From positions 23,330,051-23,384,698 of the forward strand of contig JBOZIK010000001.1 in the NCBI GenBank assembly GCA_051453625.1: a DNA stretch of 54,648 bases, given 5' to 3'. This DNA is from Welwitschia mirabilis (taxonomy: Eukaryota). The translations under genes were made by a program, and so were the position numbers. This document shows positions 25,301-37,611 of this stretch, piece after piece; position 1 is the first letter of the stretch; every line of letters begins with the position of its first letter. Under the pieces are notes generated by a model. It made no database searches and was not told where the DNA came from. It worked only from the letters and a program-made list of their open reading frames with translations.

Positions 25301-28300
25301 TATCACACGTCATCTAGAAATTCTAGCCTAGATAAATCGTCAGTGATCACATTCTCCACTTTTTTTAATTTATTATTTTCAAATTGAATTCCTACATAAA
25401 AAGAATCCATCTAATTATTTTATAATTAGCTTCCCTTTTATTTATTAAAAATCATATGGCATTATGATCAATGTGGACTTTAACTGCATATCCTAGAATG
25501 TAGTGTCTAAATTTTTTAATGTTATTATTATAGTTCTTTTTCTTTCATTATATAATTTTTTTGAGCCAAGTTATGATTTTTAGTAATGTAAGCTATGGCA
25601 TAGGGTTTTTTATCATCATCTTTCTGCCTATAAACTACTCCTATAACAAATTTGGAGGCATTGGTGATAATATAAAAAGTTTTATCCTAATTTAGTTTTT
25701 GTAAAACTGGGGCATTGATTAGTTTATCCTTTAAAATCTAAAAGGCCTTATAACACTTCTAAGTACACTCATAGAGCATGTTATTTTTTAGAAAATTATT
25801 TAATTATTCAGTAATTTTTTCAAAATTATCAATAAACCTTCTATAATATCCAACATGACATAAGAAGAACCACAAATTTTTCAATTTTATAGGTGTTGAT
25901 ATTCATTAAATTAATTTTACATTTTTTTCATCTATCTTAATTCCTCCCATAGAAATTCTATGTCCTAGAACAATCCTCTTTGTAACCATAAGATGTCTCT
26001 TAGACTAACTTAACTTTAAATTTCTTCATAACTAATAACTTTTAATCTTTCAAGAGGTTCTTTAAAATTACTTTCCAAGGTTCAGAAATCATTCATAAAT
26101 TCTTCAACTAATTTCCCAGTCATATCTTAAAATAGATAATTAACTAATATTTGAAATGTGGCTAGGGCATTACATAGGCCAGTAGCTAGCATTTTAAAAG
26201 TACAAGTTTCTCACTTATAAGTAAATGTGATTTTTCCTTGCTTTTAGATATAAAAAAACCTAATTATACTAGTATATTCATACAAAAAAAGGTTATAACA
26301 TTAATTGCCTAAAATTCCCTCTCAGACTGAGTCAATAAAGCATAAAGAAAAATGATCTTTATAAGTGGTAGTATTTAGCAATCAAAAGTCTGTGCATACT
26401 TTCTATTTGTTCCCCTCTTTAGGCATAACTCATACATAACTTACTGATTATGAATTTGATATATGGTAGATGAAACATATTTTTAATAACCTCAATATCT
26501 CTTATCTAATAACTTCTTATATCTAAGGATTATACCTTCTTTCTTATTGCATAATAAGTTTTTCTTATCTAAATGTATTCTATGTAGATATATAGTGACA
26601 TCCATTCCTATTATATCCATATGAGGTTTAAGAAAAAAATTGAATCTTTTGATAAGGGTTCTTTTTAGTTTCTTATTTTGAGAATGAATAATATTTCTAT
26701 TTATAAGTAGTGATCTATTTTTCCTAACCTTAGTATATTCCAATCCTTCCTGCATAGGTGGTTTTTCAATATATTAGTTTTCATACATGGATTATACAAT
26801 TAAGAAGTATTTTTCATTATCTTTTTCTTAATCCTTTAATATTTGTTAGGCTACTTGCATCATAATCAAATTTGCATTTTTATCTTGATTATTATTAATA
26901 GAATTTTCAATTTCAGCCTTTGCTGATATCTTAATTTATTGAATGGGATCCTTCAGGATAATTGCCATGGCTTCTTTTCTTAAGTGAATGGCTGCATTAC
27001 CTATTATCATTCATGGTCTTCCTAATATGATGGGATTGATATTGCCTTTGATTTTTATTACTACCAAATCCACTAAATACTCAAATCCTTGGAGTTTAAT
27101 AGAAGTATTTTTCATGATATTCTCAAGTTCAACTATTAATCCATCTACTAAATATACTTGCTCCTAATAATATATCAATTTGAAAGTTCCTAATTATTCA
27201 TAAGTTGTATAGGAGATGACATTAATACTAGCTTCTAAATTTACCAATGCTTCTATATTGTATGCTTCCTCTATTACAATATCAACTACTAGTATACCTA
27301 GATCACTATATTTTTTGATCTGATTTTCTTCTAAAGCTTGAGTAGAAGCCTAGGATACTTGGTTTTTTTTATTTGTTTTTAATTCAAATTACTTATTTTA
27401 ATTCTCTTTTTTTATTTCTTTATCCTCTTATTTTTCAAAGAGCTTTCATTTGCTTCCAATAGAGAAGAATATCTTTCAACATTATAATTAAAGGCACAAA
27501 AATAGTGGTGTCCTAAAGTGCTTTAGAGAAATATTCCATATCTAATTCTTCTCTTTTTCTAAGANNNNNNNNNNNNNNNNNNNNNNNNNNNNNNNNNNNN
27601 NNNNNNNNNNNNNNNNNNNNNNNNNNNNNNNNNNNNNNNNNNNNNNNNNNNNNNNNNNNNNNNNTTTATCTTGACTATTATTAATAGAATTTTCAATTTC
27701 AACCTTTGCTGATATCTTAATTTATTGAATGGGATCCTTTAGAATAATTTTCATGGCTCCTTTTCTTAAGTGAATGGTTGCATTACCTATTATCGATTAT
27801 GGACTTCCTAATATTATGGGATTGGTATTTCCTTTGATTTTTATTACTACTAAATCCACTAAATACTTAAATCCTTGGAGTTTAATAGAAGTATTTTTCA
27901 TGATATCCTCAAGTTCAACTATTAATCCATCTACTAAATAAACTTGCTCCTAATAAGATATCAATTTGAAACTTCTTAATTATTCATAAGTTGTATAGGA
28001 GATGCATTAATACTAGCTTCTAAATTTACCAATGCTTCTATACTATATGATCCTTCTATTACAATATCAACTACTAGTATACCTAGACCACTATATTTTT
28101 TGATCTAATTTTCTTCTAAAGATTGAGTAGAAACCTAGGATACTTGGTCCTTTTATTTGTTTTTAATTCAAATTACTTAATTTAATTCTCTTTTTTAATT
28201 TCTTTATCCTCTTATTTTTTGAAGAGCTTTCATTTACTTCCAATAGAGAAGAATATCTTTCAACGTTATAATTAAAGGCACAAAAATAGTGGTGTCTTAA

Positions 28301-28890
28301 AGTGCTTTAGAGAAATATTCCATATCTGCTTCTTCTATTTTTCTAGGATTCTTTATCATCTTACTCCTCATTAAAAATGGTAGTGTATTCTCTTTTGTTT
28401 TCTGGATTTCACATGAATCTTCAATTAACTATTCTTTAAAAATCATTTCATTTAACCTAGTTTTAATAGCCTTGGAGCCTACTTTTCTGGGATTTGATTG
28501 AGGTTGAGTTGGTGTAGTATTTTCTTTAGAACTTTTTATTTATTGTAATTTATATGAATAGTATTCCCTTCTTGATTATCCAATTTCTATAATACTCATA
28601 TTGTTTTTACTTTTTAATTGGATTAACATCTGAATAGGATTTTCTCTCCTATTCTTCCACTTTCTAGTTTAGTATGGATGAGGTTTCTTCCTTGTGGGAG
28701 GTACATTATTTAGTTATAATAATTTCCATTAATGTCTATACATTTTATACAATTTTACATCCAAATATAATATGTTGTTTGATGATTATCCCCGTTATAA
28801 TACTAATAAATTTCTTGTTTACTTTCTATTTCAACTCATTTACTTCTTCTATTAAGGCCTCTATTTTCATATTAGTTTTTTCAAATAATT
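22350..28890 (-). pseudogene. Element A: decayed Ty3/gypsy (Athila-like) gag-end/PR/RT/RH/INT
   Basis: Minus-strand motifs in gypsy order: protease ~27000-27300; RT KDHFSL.FID (~26350), GLCNALATFQ (~26160), EEFMNDF (~26095); RNase H TNASKFVIG..AQKNY..KEKEL (~25540-25670); INT YYWPTLFKDA, YILVC, GPY (~22480), LNGHRIK (~22400). Truncated at 28890 by the LTR of B. Confidence 0.9.
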
Positions 28891-30662
28891 TGTTGTGATG
28901 CCAAATTATATGTATTTAATGGGGTATTTTGATTTCTTTTATAAGAAATTCAGATAGGTTTAGATGAAATTTTGATGATTATNNNNNNNNNNNNNNNNNN
29001 NNNNNNNNNNNNNNNNNNNNNNNNNNNNNNNNNNNNNNNNNNNNNNNNNNNNNNNNNNNNNNNNNNNNNNNNNNNNNNNNNNCAAATATAATATGTTGTT
29101 TGATGATTATCCTCATTATAATACTAATAAATTTCTTGTTTTCTTTCTATTTCAACTCATTTACTTCTTTTATTAAGCCTCTATTTTCATATTAGGTTTT
29201 TCAAATAATTTTTTGTGATGCCAGATTATATGTATTTAATGGGGTATTTTTATTACTTTTATAAGACATTTAGATAGGTTTAGATGAAATTCTGATGATT
29301 ATGGAGAGTTAATGAGATGATCACGAAAACATGAAATCTAGGTATATTTTGAGGCACTTTAGGTAGATCATGATACTTAGTACTTTGAGGAAAATACCAA
29401 TAATGTAGATGCTAATTTCTCTTAGCTAGAAGCCTTAAGAAACTTTTCATCCCCTATGTCATTTAGATGACANNNNNNNNNNNNNNNNNNNNNNNNNNNN
29501 NNNNNNNNNNNNNNNNNNNNNNNNNNNNNNNNNNNNNNNNNNNNNNNNNNNNNNNNNNNNNNNNNNNNNNNNCTTTGAGGAAAATACCAATGATGTAGAT
29601 GCTAATTTCTCTTAGCTGAAAGCCTTAAGAAGCTTTTCATCCTCTATGTTGTTTAGATGACAACTAGGATGACAAACATGCTAACTTGGGCTAAAGCTAC
29701 AGGGTTGACTACGAGGCTAGAAGTTAATGACTCTTCTCTTATTATGGGCTATTATCCCTAGTATCATCCAGATGACAATCATAATAACAAATATTTTATA
29801 TGAATGAAATGAATTATCTTTGTAATGAGATCATTCACCCCATGTAGGTTGCTAGGGTTTCTTCTCCAACTTCTAGTTTTTTTAATCTAGAACCTTTAAT
29901 GTAAAACTATAAATACCCCACTTGCCTTTACTCCTAGTTTTATTTTTAATACTAAAAAATCTTGTGATGGGAGATTGAAGGGTAGGAGGTCCATCCATAG
30001 CTACAGAAAGAATTCTTCCTTGGTGTTGAGTTAAGTATCCTTCATCGAGGTGCTACTACTTTGTTTGTAAGAGGATGTTAATTCATGGTTAATACAAAAA
30101 CTCTTTTCACTTATAGTATGTAAATATCTCTTATTATTTAAGTTGATTATAATTCCATAGTAGATTCATAATTTATCTAGATCATAAGAGCAACCTTTAT
30201 TAAGGTTGAAATTATTAGTTTAGATCTTGAATTGCATTTATTTCATGTTGCATCACCATCATTTCACTTTTCTTTGATGTATATTATAGCTTATGTTAGT
30301 TAGGGACAAGTGATAACTCTNNNNNNNNNNNNNNNNNNNNNNNNNNNNNNNNNNNNNNNNNNNNNNNNNNNNNNNNNNNNNNNNNNNNNNNNNNNNNNNN
30401 NNNNNNNNNNNNNNNNNNNNNNNNNNTTCTTCATCGTCCATCTTGCGTTACATTGATATTGTTTCTTATTTTTATTTATCTAAAAGAAAAAGACTAAAAA
30501 TACTTTGTTGAAATCAATTTTCTAACTTCTAGCCTAGTGCCTTCAAAAGATTATGACATTAAAGTTAACTCTCATCTATATTAATTTGTAATTTCTACTA
30601 GTGTTTATGATTTACAGTATCTACTTATGAACTTTAATATTACACAAATTCACACCATAACA
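28891..30662 (+). repeat. 5' LTR of B (includes gap-flanking duplications)
   Basis: Starts TGttgtgatgccaaattatatgta, ends cacaccataaCA; homologous to 2197-3392 and inverted to 46318-47436. Confidence 0.8.
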
Positions 30663-30665
30663 TTT

Positions 30666-30683
30666 TAGTTTCATTACTGGAAA
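30666..30683 (+). promoter_or_regulatory. Decayed PBS of B
   Basis: tagtttcattactggaaa just after the LTR end; derivable from TGGCGCCGTTGCCGGGGA mostly by C>T/G>A changes. The homologous site in C reads tggcatcatcacttgaaa. Confidence 0.55.
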
Positions 30684-31130
30684 AGGTCATAAGGAGTTAC
30701 AGGATTCTCAATATCCAGATAAGTATGTTATATTCCAGTTTACGTTATTTATTTAAAAAGTATTATATTTATATTCTAGTTTCCATAGTTTATTTTTCTA
30801 TAATTTTTCATTTCAGTAGTGTTAAGAAGCCCTATCTTCCTCTCTATTATTTAGATGACTAAATCGATGACTGTCTATATTTTATGTCTCTCTTTTAATT
30901 TTGATAATAAAGTTTTCTATTTTCAATAGCATAATACAGAGTACATCATCCCATCTATCATCCAGATGACTAGGTAGACAACTATTAATAGTTTTTATTT
31001 AGTTTTTATTTTCTTTTCTATAGTCTTATTTTTCTATTTTCTAGAACATATATCTACTAGTCGTCTCCTATATTATTAAAATGATGTACAAGATGACAAC
31101 CATTATGTTTTTTTCTATGTATGTAGGGAC

Positions 31131-34100
31131 ATGATGAATTCAAGTAAAAATATGAAATATCAGAGAGAGTATAACTTGATTAAAGAAAATATCAAAGAAG
31201 GTTTATTCAAGTTCAAGCAAAATCTAGATGCACACACCCTAGGTATGCAAATTCTAAGAATTGAAGAAGAAAATTTTTCTGCTTTTGTTATTTTAGAGTC
31301 AAACTTTTCAAAATAAAATTATGAAAATAATAGCATAGAAGCAAATAGTATTATTTCTTTTTTCATCTATGTTAAGATCATGACAATCATGATAGGAACT
31401 TCTACTTTAAATGTAAATACTATGTTTAGAGATTTAGATGCTAATAAAAAACATGAAATCCAAAGTCCTTTTGATTTATCATCTAGCAATAATGTAGAAT
31501 TAATAAACTTAAATACATATCTAACATTTTTAGGGGAGCTTGAAGAGGACCCTTTTCAACATATATCCAACACTGAACAACATTTGCTTACCTCAAGAAA
31601 TGTAAAGAAACATATTAGTGATCATACTTACATGGTTATCTTTTCTCTTACACTTAGAGGAAAAACAAAATTATGGCTTAGAACTATTTCACACAAAATT
31701 CATAGATCATAGAGTCAAGTGCAAGAAGTTTTTATTAAAAGATCTTAAGTGAAAGTACCATAAGGAAAAGAAGGAAGTAGGTTACCAACTTTCAACAACA
31801 ATTTCAAGAAGATTATGCCTTAACATATGAGCAATTTACATAACTATTCATTCCAACCTTATTGATGAATTTCATAAAGAAGTGTTGATATATTATTGTT
31901 ATAGTGGATTGACTAGTTAAACTAAATAATTTGTAAATTTTTCTTGTGATGGAAACTTGATGAACTTAACCTCAAATGATACATGAAAATTATTACAAGA
32001 TTTAGTTAAAATAAGTTAAACTTGATCAAGATCAACCTCTAAATAAAATTAAACTTTAGGTTGAATCATAAAAGACTTAAGAGAAGTAAAACATGATAAG
32101 AAGGAATAAAAATATGATTTAATCANNNNNNNNNNNNNNNNNNNNNNNNNNNNNNNNNNNNNNNNNNNNNNNNNNNNNNNNNNNNNNNNNNNNNNNNNNN
32201 NNNNNNNNNNNNNNNNNNNNNNNNNNNNNNNNNNNNNNNNNNNNNNNNNNNNNNNNNNNNNNNNNNNNNNNNNNNNNNNNNNNNNNNNNNNNNNNNNNNN
32301 NNNNNNNNNNNNNNNNNNNNNNNNNNNNNNNNNNNNNNNNNNNNNNNNNNNNNNNNNNNNNNNNNNNNNNNNNNNNNNNNNNNNNNNNNNNNNNNNNNNN
32401 NGCACTTCAAACCTTCAACTAAATGAGAATGATCCACTTAGAGATTCAATAGAAGAACTAAAAAAGATGTAAGAAAAGACTAATAATAATATTGAAAACT
32501 TAGAGAATGTGCTTTAATAAATAATGTTAGCCAATCAATAACCATCTGGTCTCTTGCATCTCAACCTTTAGCCAACCCAAATGAAGTTAAGAAAGATTTA
32601 AAGGTAATAACTAGAAGTAAAAATGATACAATGCCTCCTATCCATAAGGCTTTAGCTTCCAAAAATAATGACAAAGATAATGAAGAAAATGATGTAGAAA
32701 TTTGATACACATATAACTTTTTTCTTAATCTTAAATAATAAGCCTACCACAAAAAATTTTTCATAAGAAAACAAAGGGAAGAAACCATTTACTTCTTAAC
32801 ATGATAGGTTAAACATAAATCCTTCCTATGATGAATACTTAAAATCTTTAATGCAAGAGGTGAACATCAACTTATCTTTTTAGAAAATCTTGTGAGAAAA
32901 TCCTAAATATGATAGGTTGTGGAAGGATTTAGCTAGAAGAAGATAAAACATATCATTCTTAGTAAGGTCTTCCTCACTTAATCTATCTCCAACGTAGTCA
33001 TAAAAAAAATGTCTTAAATTCAAAAACCTGAGGTAGCAACAGTGAATGTTACTTTTGAAAGAAATTAGAGAATTATAAAATACNNNNNNNNNNNNNNNNN
33101 NNNNNNNNNNNNNNNNNNNNNNNNNNNNNNNNNNNNNNNNNNNNNNNNNNNNNNNNNNNNNNNNNNNNNNNNNNNNNNNNNNNCTTAATCTATCTTCAAC
33201 GTAGTCATAAAAAATGTCCTAAATTCAAAAACCTGAGGCAGTAACAGTGAATGTTACTTTTGAAAGAAATTAGAGAATTATAAAATCCTTAATTGACATA
33301 GACTAAATTATAAACATCATGCCTCTTCACATATGTAAAAGACTTAGGTTAAAAAGTAAAATGGAACTTATATAAAACATCTTAGAATTGGCTGATACTT
33401 TAATCAAAAAACTTATGGAGATCATCAAAGACTTAGTTATCTAAATAGAAGAATATTTTTTATTAAAGTAGAAGATGATGAAAGTTATCCACTACTCCTA
33501 GACAGATCCTTTTGTGCAATTGTCCACTATGCCATTAACACATGAACCAGAATGATGGAATGTTATATAGGCAATCAGAAGTTTACCATTAGAGTTTTTT
33601 TTTTTTTTTGTTACTGAAAATGAAACAAAAAATGAGTAAAACTTAGAATAAGAACTTAATACAACATCATCCAATTAAGGAGAGATCAATAATGCTACAT
33701 GAATATACCCAGTATGATGACTCAACTAAAATACACTGTCTTGATCATGAGAATGAGTAAGTTTCAAACTAGAAAGAAGTCCAACATGTAAATTTAACAA
33801 AAAGCCTTTTTGAGGGGTGTTGTCCACTAACGTCATTTGTATGATAGTCTAAGATAATAGTTAATAATGATAATTTAATCATAAAAACTAAAGACTACAA
33901 CTTAGAATTAAAAGAATTACCTAAAGGTATAAAATTTATTTTTCTATCCAATAGTTTGAAGGAACCTTTGATGATAAGTAAACTCCTCACACATTAATAA
34001 AAATCCAACTTAGTCTCACTTTTAACTTCTAAGAAAAATGCTTTATCTTAGACCCATAAGGATTTAGCTGCCGTTCCCCCTTTCATAGTTTAACATAAAA

Positions 34101-36780
34101 TCTATCTTAAAGTTAATGCTAAACTAGTTAGATAACCTAAATAAAGGCTTAACCTGACCCTTAAGCAAGTAGCCAAAGATGAATTTATTAAACTAACGGA
34201 TGCTAGTATTATATATTGTATATTTGATAATGAGTGGATTAGACCCTTAATGATAGTTCCTAAAAAGGATGGAAAATGAAGAATATGCATTGACATTAGA
34301 AAACTTAATGAGGTTATTAAAAAAGGATTATTTCCCTTTATCCTTTCTTGATTAATTGCCTGATAGAATATAAGAACATGCCTACTACTATTGTATTAAT
34401 GGGTATAGTAGTTATAGTTAAGTTTGTATAGCTAGCAGAAACTAAGCAAAAACAACCTTTACGTCTCTTTTTAAAAATATTTTCCTTTAGAAAAATGTCT
34501 TTTGAAATTTGTAATGCCCCTTAAACTTTTTAATGAGCAATGATGGGTATCTTTTCTGATATGATATAGGAATTTATTGAAATATTTATGGATGAAATTC
34601 TTAATCTTTGATGGAACTTTTAAATAAACCATGAAAAGGCTAGATAAAGTCTTAGATACATGTATAAAAAGTGGCCTACATTTGAGTTGAAAAAATAGTT
34701 TCTTTCTTATCAATAATGGGATCATTTTAAATCACCACATTTCTAGTGAGGAAATTAAGATGAACCCTATAAAAATTGATATCATTAAAAACCTTTACCA
34801 TCTAACTAATGTCAAAAAAGTTAGATCTTTTCTGGATTATGCTAGTTTCTATCACCATTNNNNNNNNNNNNNNNNNNNNNNNNNNNNNNNNNNNNNNNNN
34901 NNNNNNNNNNNNNNNNNNNNNNNNNNNNNNNNNNNNNNNNNNNNNNNNNNNNNNNNNNNTAGTGAGGAAATTAAGATGAATCCTATAAAATTGATGTCAT
35001 TAAAGACCTTTACCATCTAACTAATGTCAAACAAGTTAGATATTTTCTTGATCACGCTAGTTTATATCACCATTTTATTTAAGATTATGCTAAGGTTTGT
35101 AAATCCCTTCACTTATTACTTGAAAAAGAAGATAAATCTAATTAGAATGACTTATGTCAACTTGCTTTTGAAACACTTAAAGATAAAATTTCTTCTAAAC
35201 CTATTGTAATGGGTCCTAATTGGACTAAAGATTTTGAACTTATGTATGATGCTAGCAACATTGTTGTGGATGGGGATCTTGATTAAAAAAGTAAAATTAA
35301 TCTTAAAGTAATATTTTATCTTAGTAAAACTTTGTCTAAGGTCCAATCCAACTATAATACCATTGAAAAAGAAATTTTTTGCCATCATCTTTTGCCTTAT
35401 TTATTGTAGACACTATCTTCTTGGCTTCCATACCAATGTTTATATGGATTATGCAGCCATATGTTACCTTATGACTAAGCAATATTCTAATATTAGACTT
35501 ATTAGATAGATCCTTCTCATATAAGAATTCGATATTACCATCATTGATAAGGTTATAAAACACAATAATATTATAGATCACTTTTATTGACTCTCTTATT
35601 CTCTTGACGAACTCCAATGAATGATTCCTTTTCTAATGATAGATTAACTTGCTCTTAAGATGTGTCTCTTAAACCTATACTTGAATGTAAACCTTTTGAC
35701 TCTTGATGGATTAACTTTATAGGCCATATTAAACTATCTTATCATGATAAAAACTATATCTTAATAGTTGTTAATTATGTTACCAAGTGGGTTAAAGCTA
35801 TTCCTACTTCCAAAAATGATNNNNNNNNNNNNNNNNNNNNNNNNNNNNNNNNNNNNNNNNNNNNNNNNNNNNNNNNNNNNNNNNNNNNNNNNNNNNNNNN
35901 NNNNNNNNNNNNNNNNNNNNTATGTTACCAAGTGGGTTAAAGCTATTCCTACTTCCAAAAATGATGCTTGAACTATCTATCATTTCATTCAAAATCATCT
36001 ATTTTAGCATTTTAATTTCTCTAAAATCATCATTAGTGATTAAAGAACTCATTTTATCAATTATCGTTTTTGGAAACTTCTTTTATTCATTGGAATTGAA
36101 CATAAAATGCATATGCTTATCATTCACAAACTAATGGCTGAGCTAAAAATAGTAATAGGGAAATTAAAAAGATGCTTAAAAAAAAAGTTTCCATTAATAA
36201 GAATACTTGGGCTTATAAACTTAACAATGTTCTTTGAGCTTATTGTATACTTCTTAAAACTCTCTTGGTTTTTCACCTTATGAACTTAGGTACAAAAATG
36301 TTTGTGTCTTGTCAGTTGATGTTTGCTATAACTCCTATCGATCCATCCATTAACTTAACCTTGTGAACTTAGATGAAAATTTTAAGACTTGATTAGTTGA
36401 ACTTGATCATTTAAATGAAAAATTTACCTATGCTATACATTGGCAACTCATTCATAAAGCCCAAATCAAGTCCAAACATGATAAAAATATAGTCCATAAG
36501 TAATTTAAACTAGGTTAACTACTCCTTTTATACAATACTTGAGTGCATATTTTATACAACAAGTTAACCTATAAATGTTTAGGTTCTTATTTTATAGAAA
36601 AAGTACATCTTAATGGTTCAATTCAAATATCTGACCCAAACACTAAGAAAATTCAAAAAGTTAATGAATAAAGGATAAAAATCTATGAATTACATACTGA
36701 TCAAACCTTAAACATGATTAAAAAACTTATCTTTAAAGCCCCTATTGATGAGGAGAACTTTCCTCTTGTCATTATCTAAA
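31131..36780 (+). pseudogene. Decayed gag-pol of B
   Basis: gag LTFLGELEEDPFQH..FSLTLRGKTKLW; PR LIDID*IINIMP (~33290); RT VPKKDGK*RICIDIRKLN (~34255), EIFMDE (~34580); RH FELMYDASN (~35235); INT YVTKWVKAIPT, SDKETHF-like, QTNG*A, KVNE*RIKIY (~36660). Confidence 0.92.
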
Positions 36781-37573
36781 CTCTTTCTTAGATAATAGAT
36801 GTTATGCTATTACTTGAACATCTTTAACTTGACTGATGCATTAGTTTATAAATTTACCATGATTAGTAGTGTTTCATGTAGGCATTCGAAAGTGATAAAA
36901 TTGAATTCACCCAATCTTAAGACATTCTTACATCTATGAATTTAATTTTAAAAGAAGATGCCTTGGTTTTTTGTTTCTCTTAATGGTATGAGTCTTTGGT
37001 TATTTGGATGTGTTATCACTTGTTTTACATCTCATTACTTCACTCTTATCCTCATAAGTACTTTGTCATGTGGCCTTCTATTTTACTTTAAAGAAAAAGA
37101 AAAGAAAGAAAAGAAAAGAAGAGAGAGAGAGAGAAGAAGAAGAAGTTGTATTTTATCTAAAATAAGTGATGATGNNNNNNNNNNNNNNNNNNNNNNNNNN
37201 NNNNNNNNNNNNNNNNNNNNNNNNNNNNNNNNNNNNNNNNNNNNNNNNNNNNNNNNNNNNNNNNNNNNNNNNNNNNNNNNNNNNNNNNNNNNNNNNNNNN
37301 NNNNNNNNNNNNNNNNNNNNNNNNNNNNNNNNNNNNNNNNNNNNNNNNNNNNNNNNNNNNNNNNNNNNNNNNNNNNNNNNNNNNNNNNNNNNNNNNNNNN
37401 GCCTTGGTTTTGTATTTTCTCTTAAAGGTATGAGTCTTTGGTTATTTGGATGTGTTCTTACTTGTTTACATTTCATTACTTCACTCTTATCCTCATAAGT
37501 ACTTGGTCATGTGGCCTTTTATTTCACTTTAAAGAAAAAGAAAAGAAAGAAAATAAAAGAAGAGAGAGAGAGA

Positions 37574-37580
37574 GAAGAAG

Positions 37581-37609
<29 letters not shown>
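37574..37609. repeat. (GAA)12 microsatellite preceded by (AG)n
   Basis: Read directly; the duplicate copy at 37133-37144 has (GAA)4. Confidence 0.95.
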
Positions 37610-37611
<2 letters not shown>

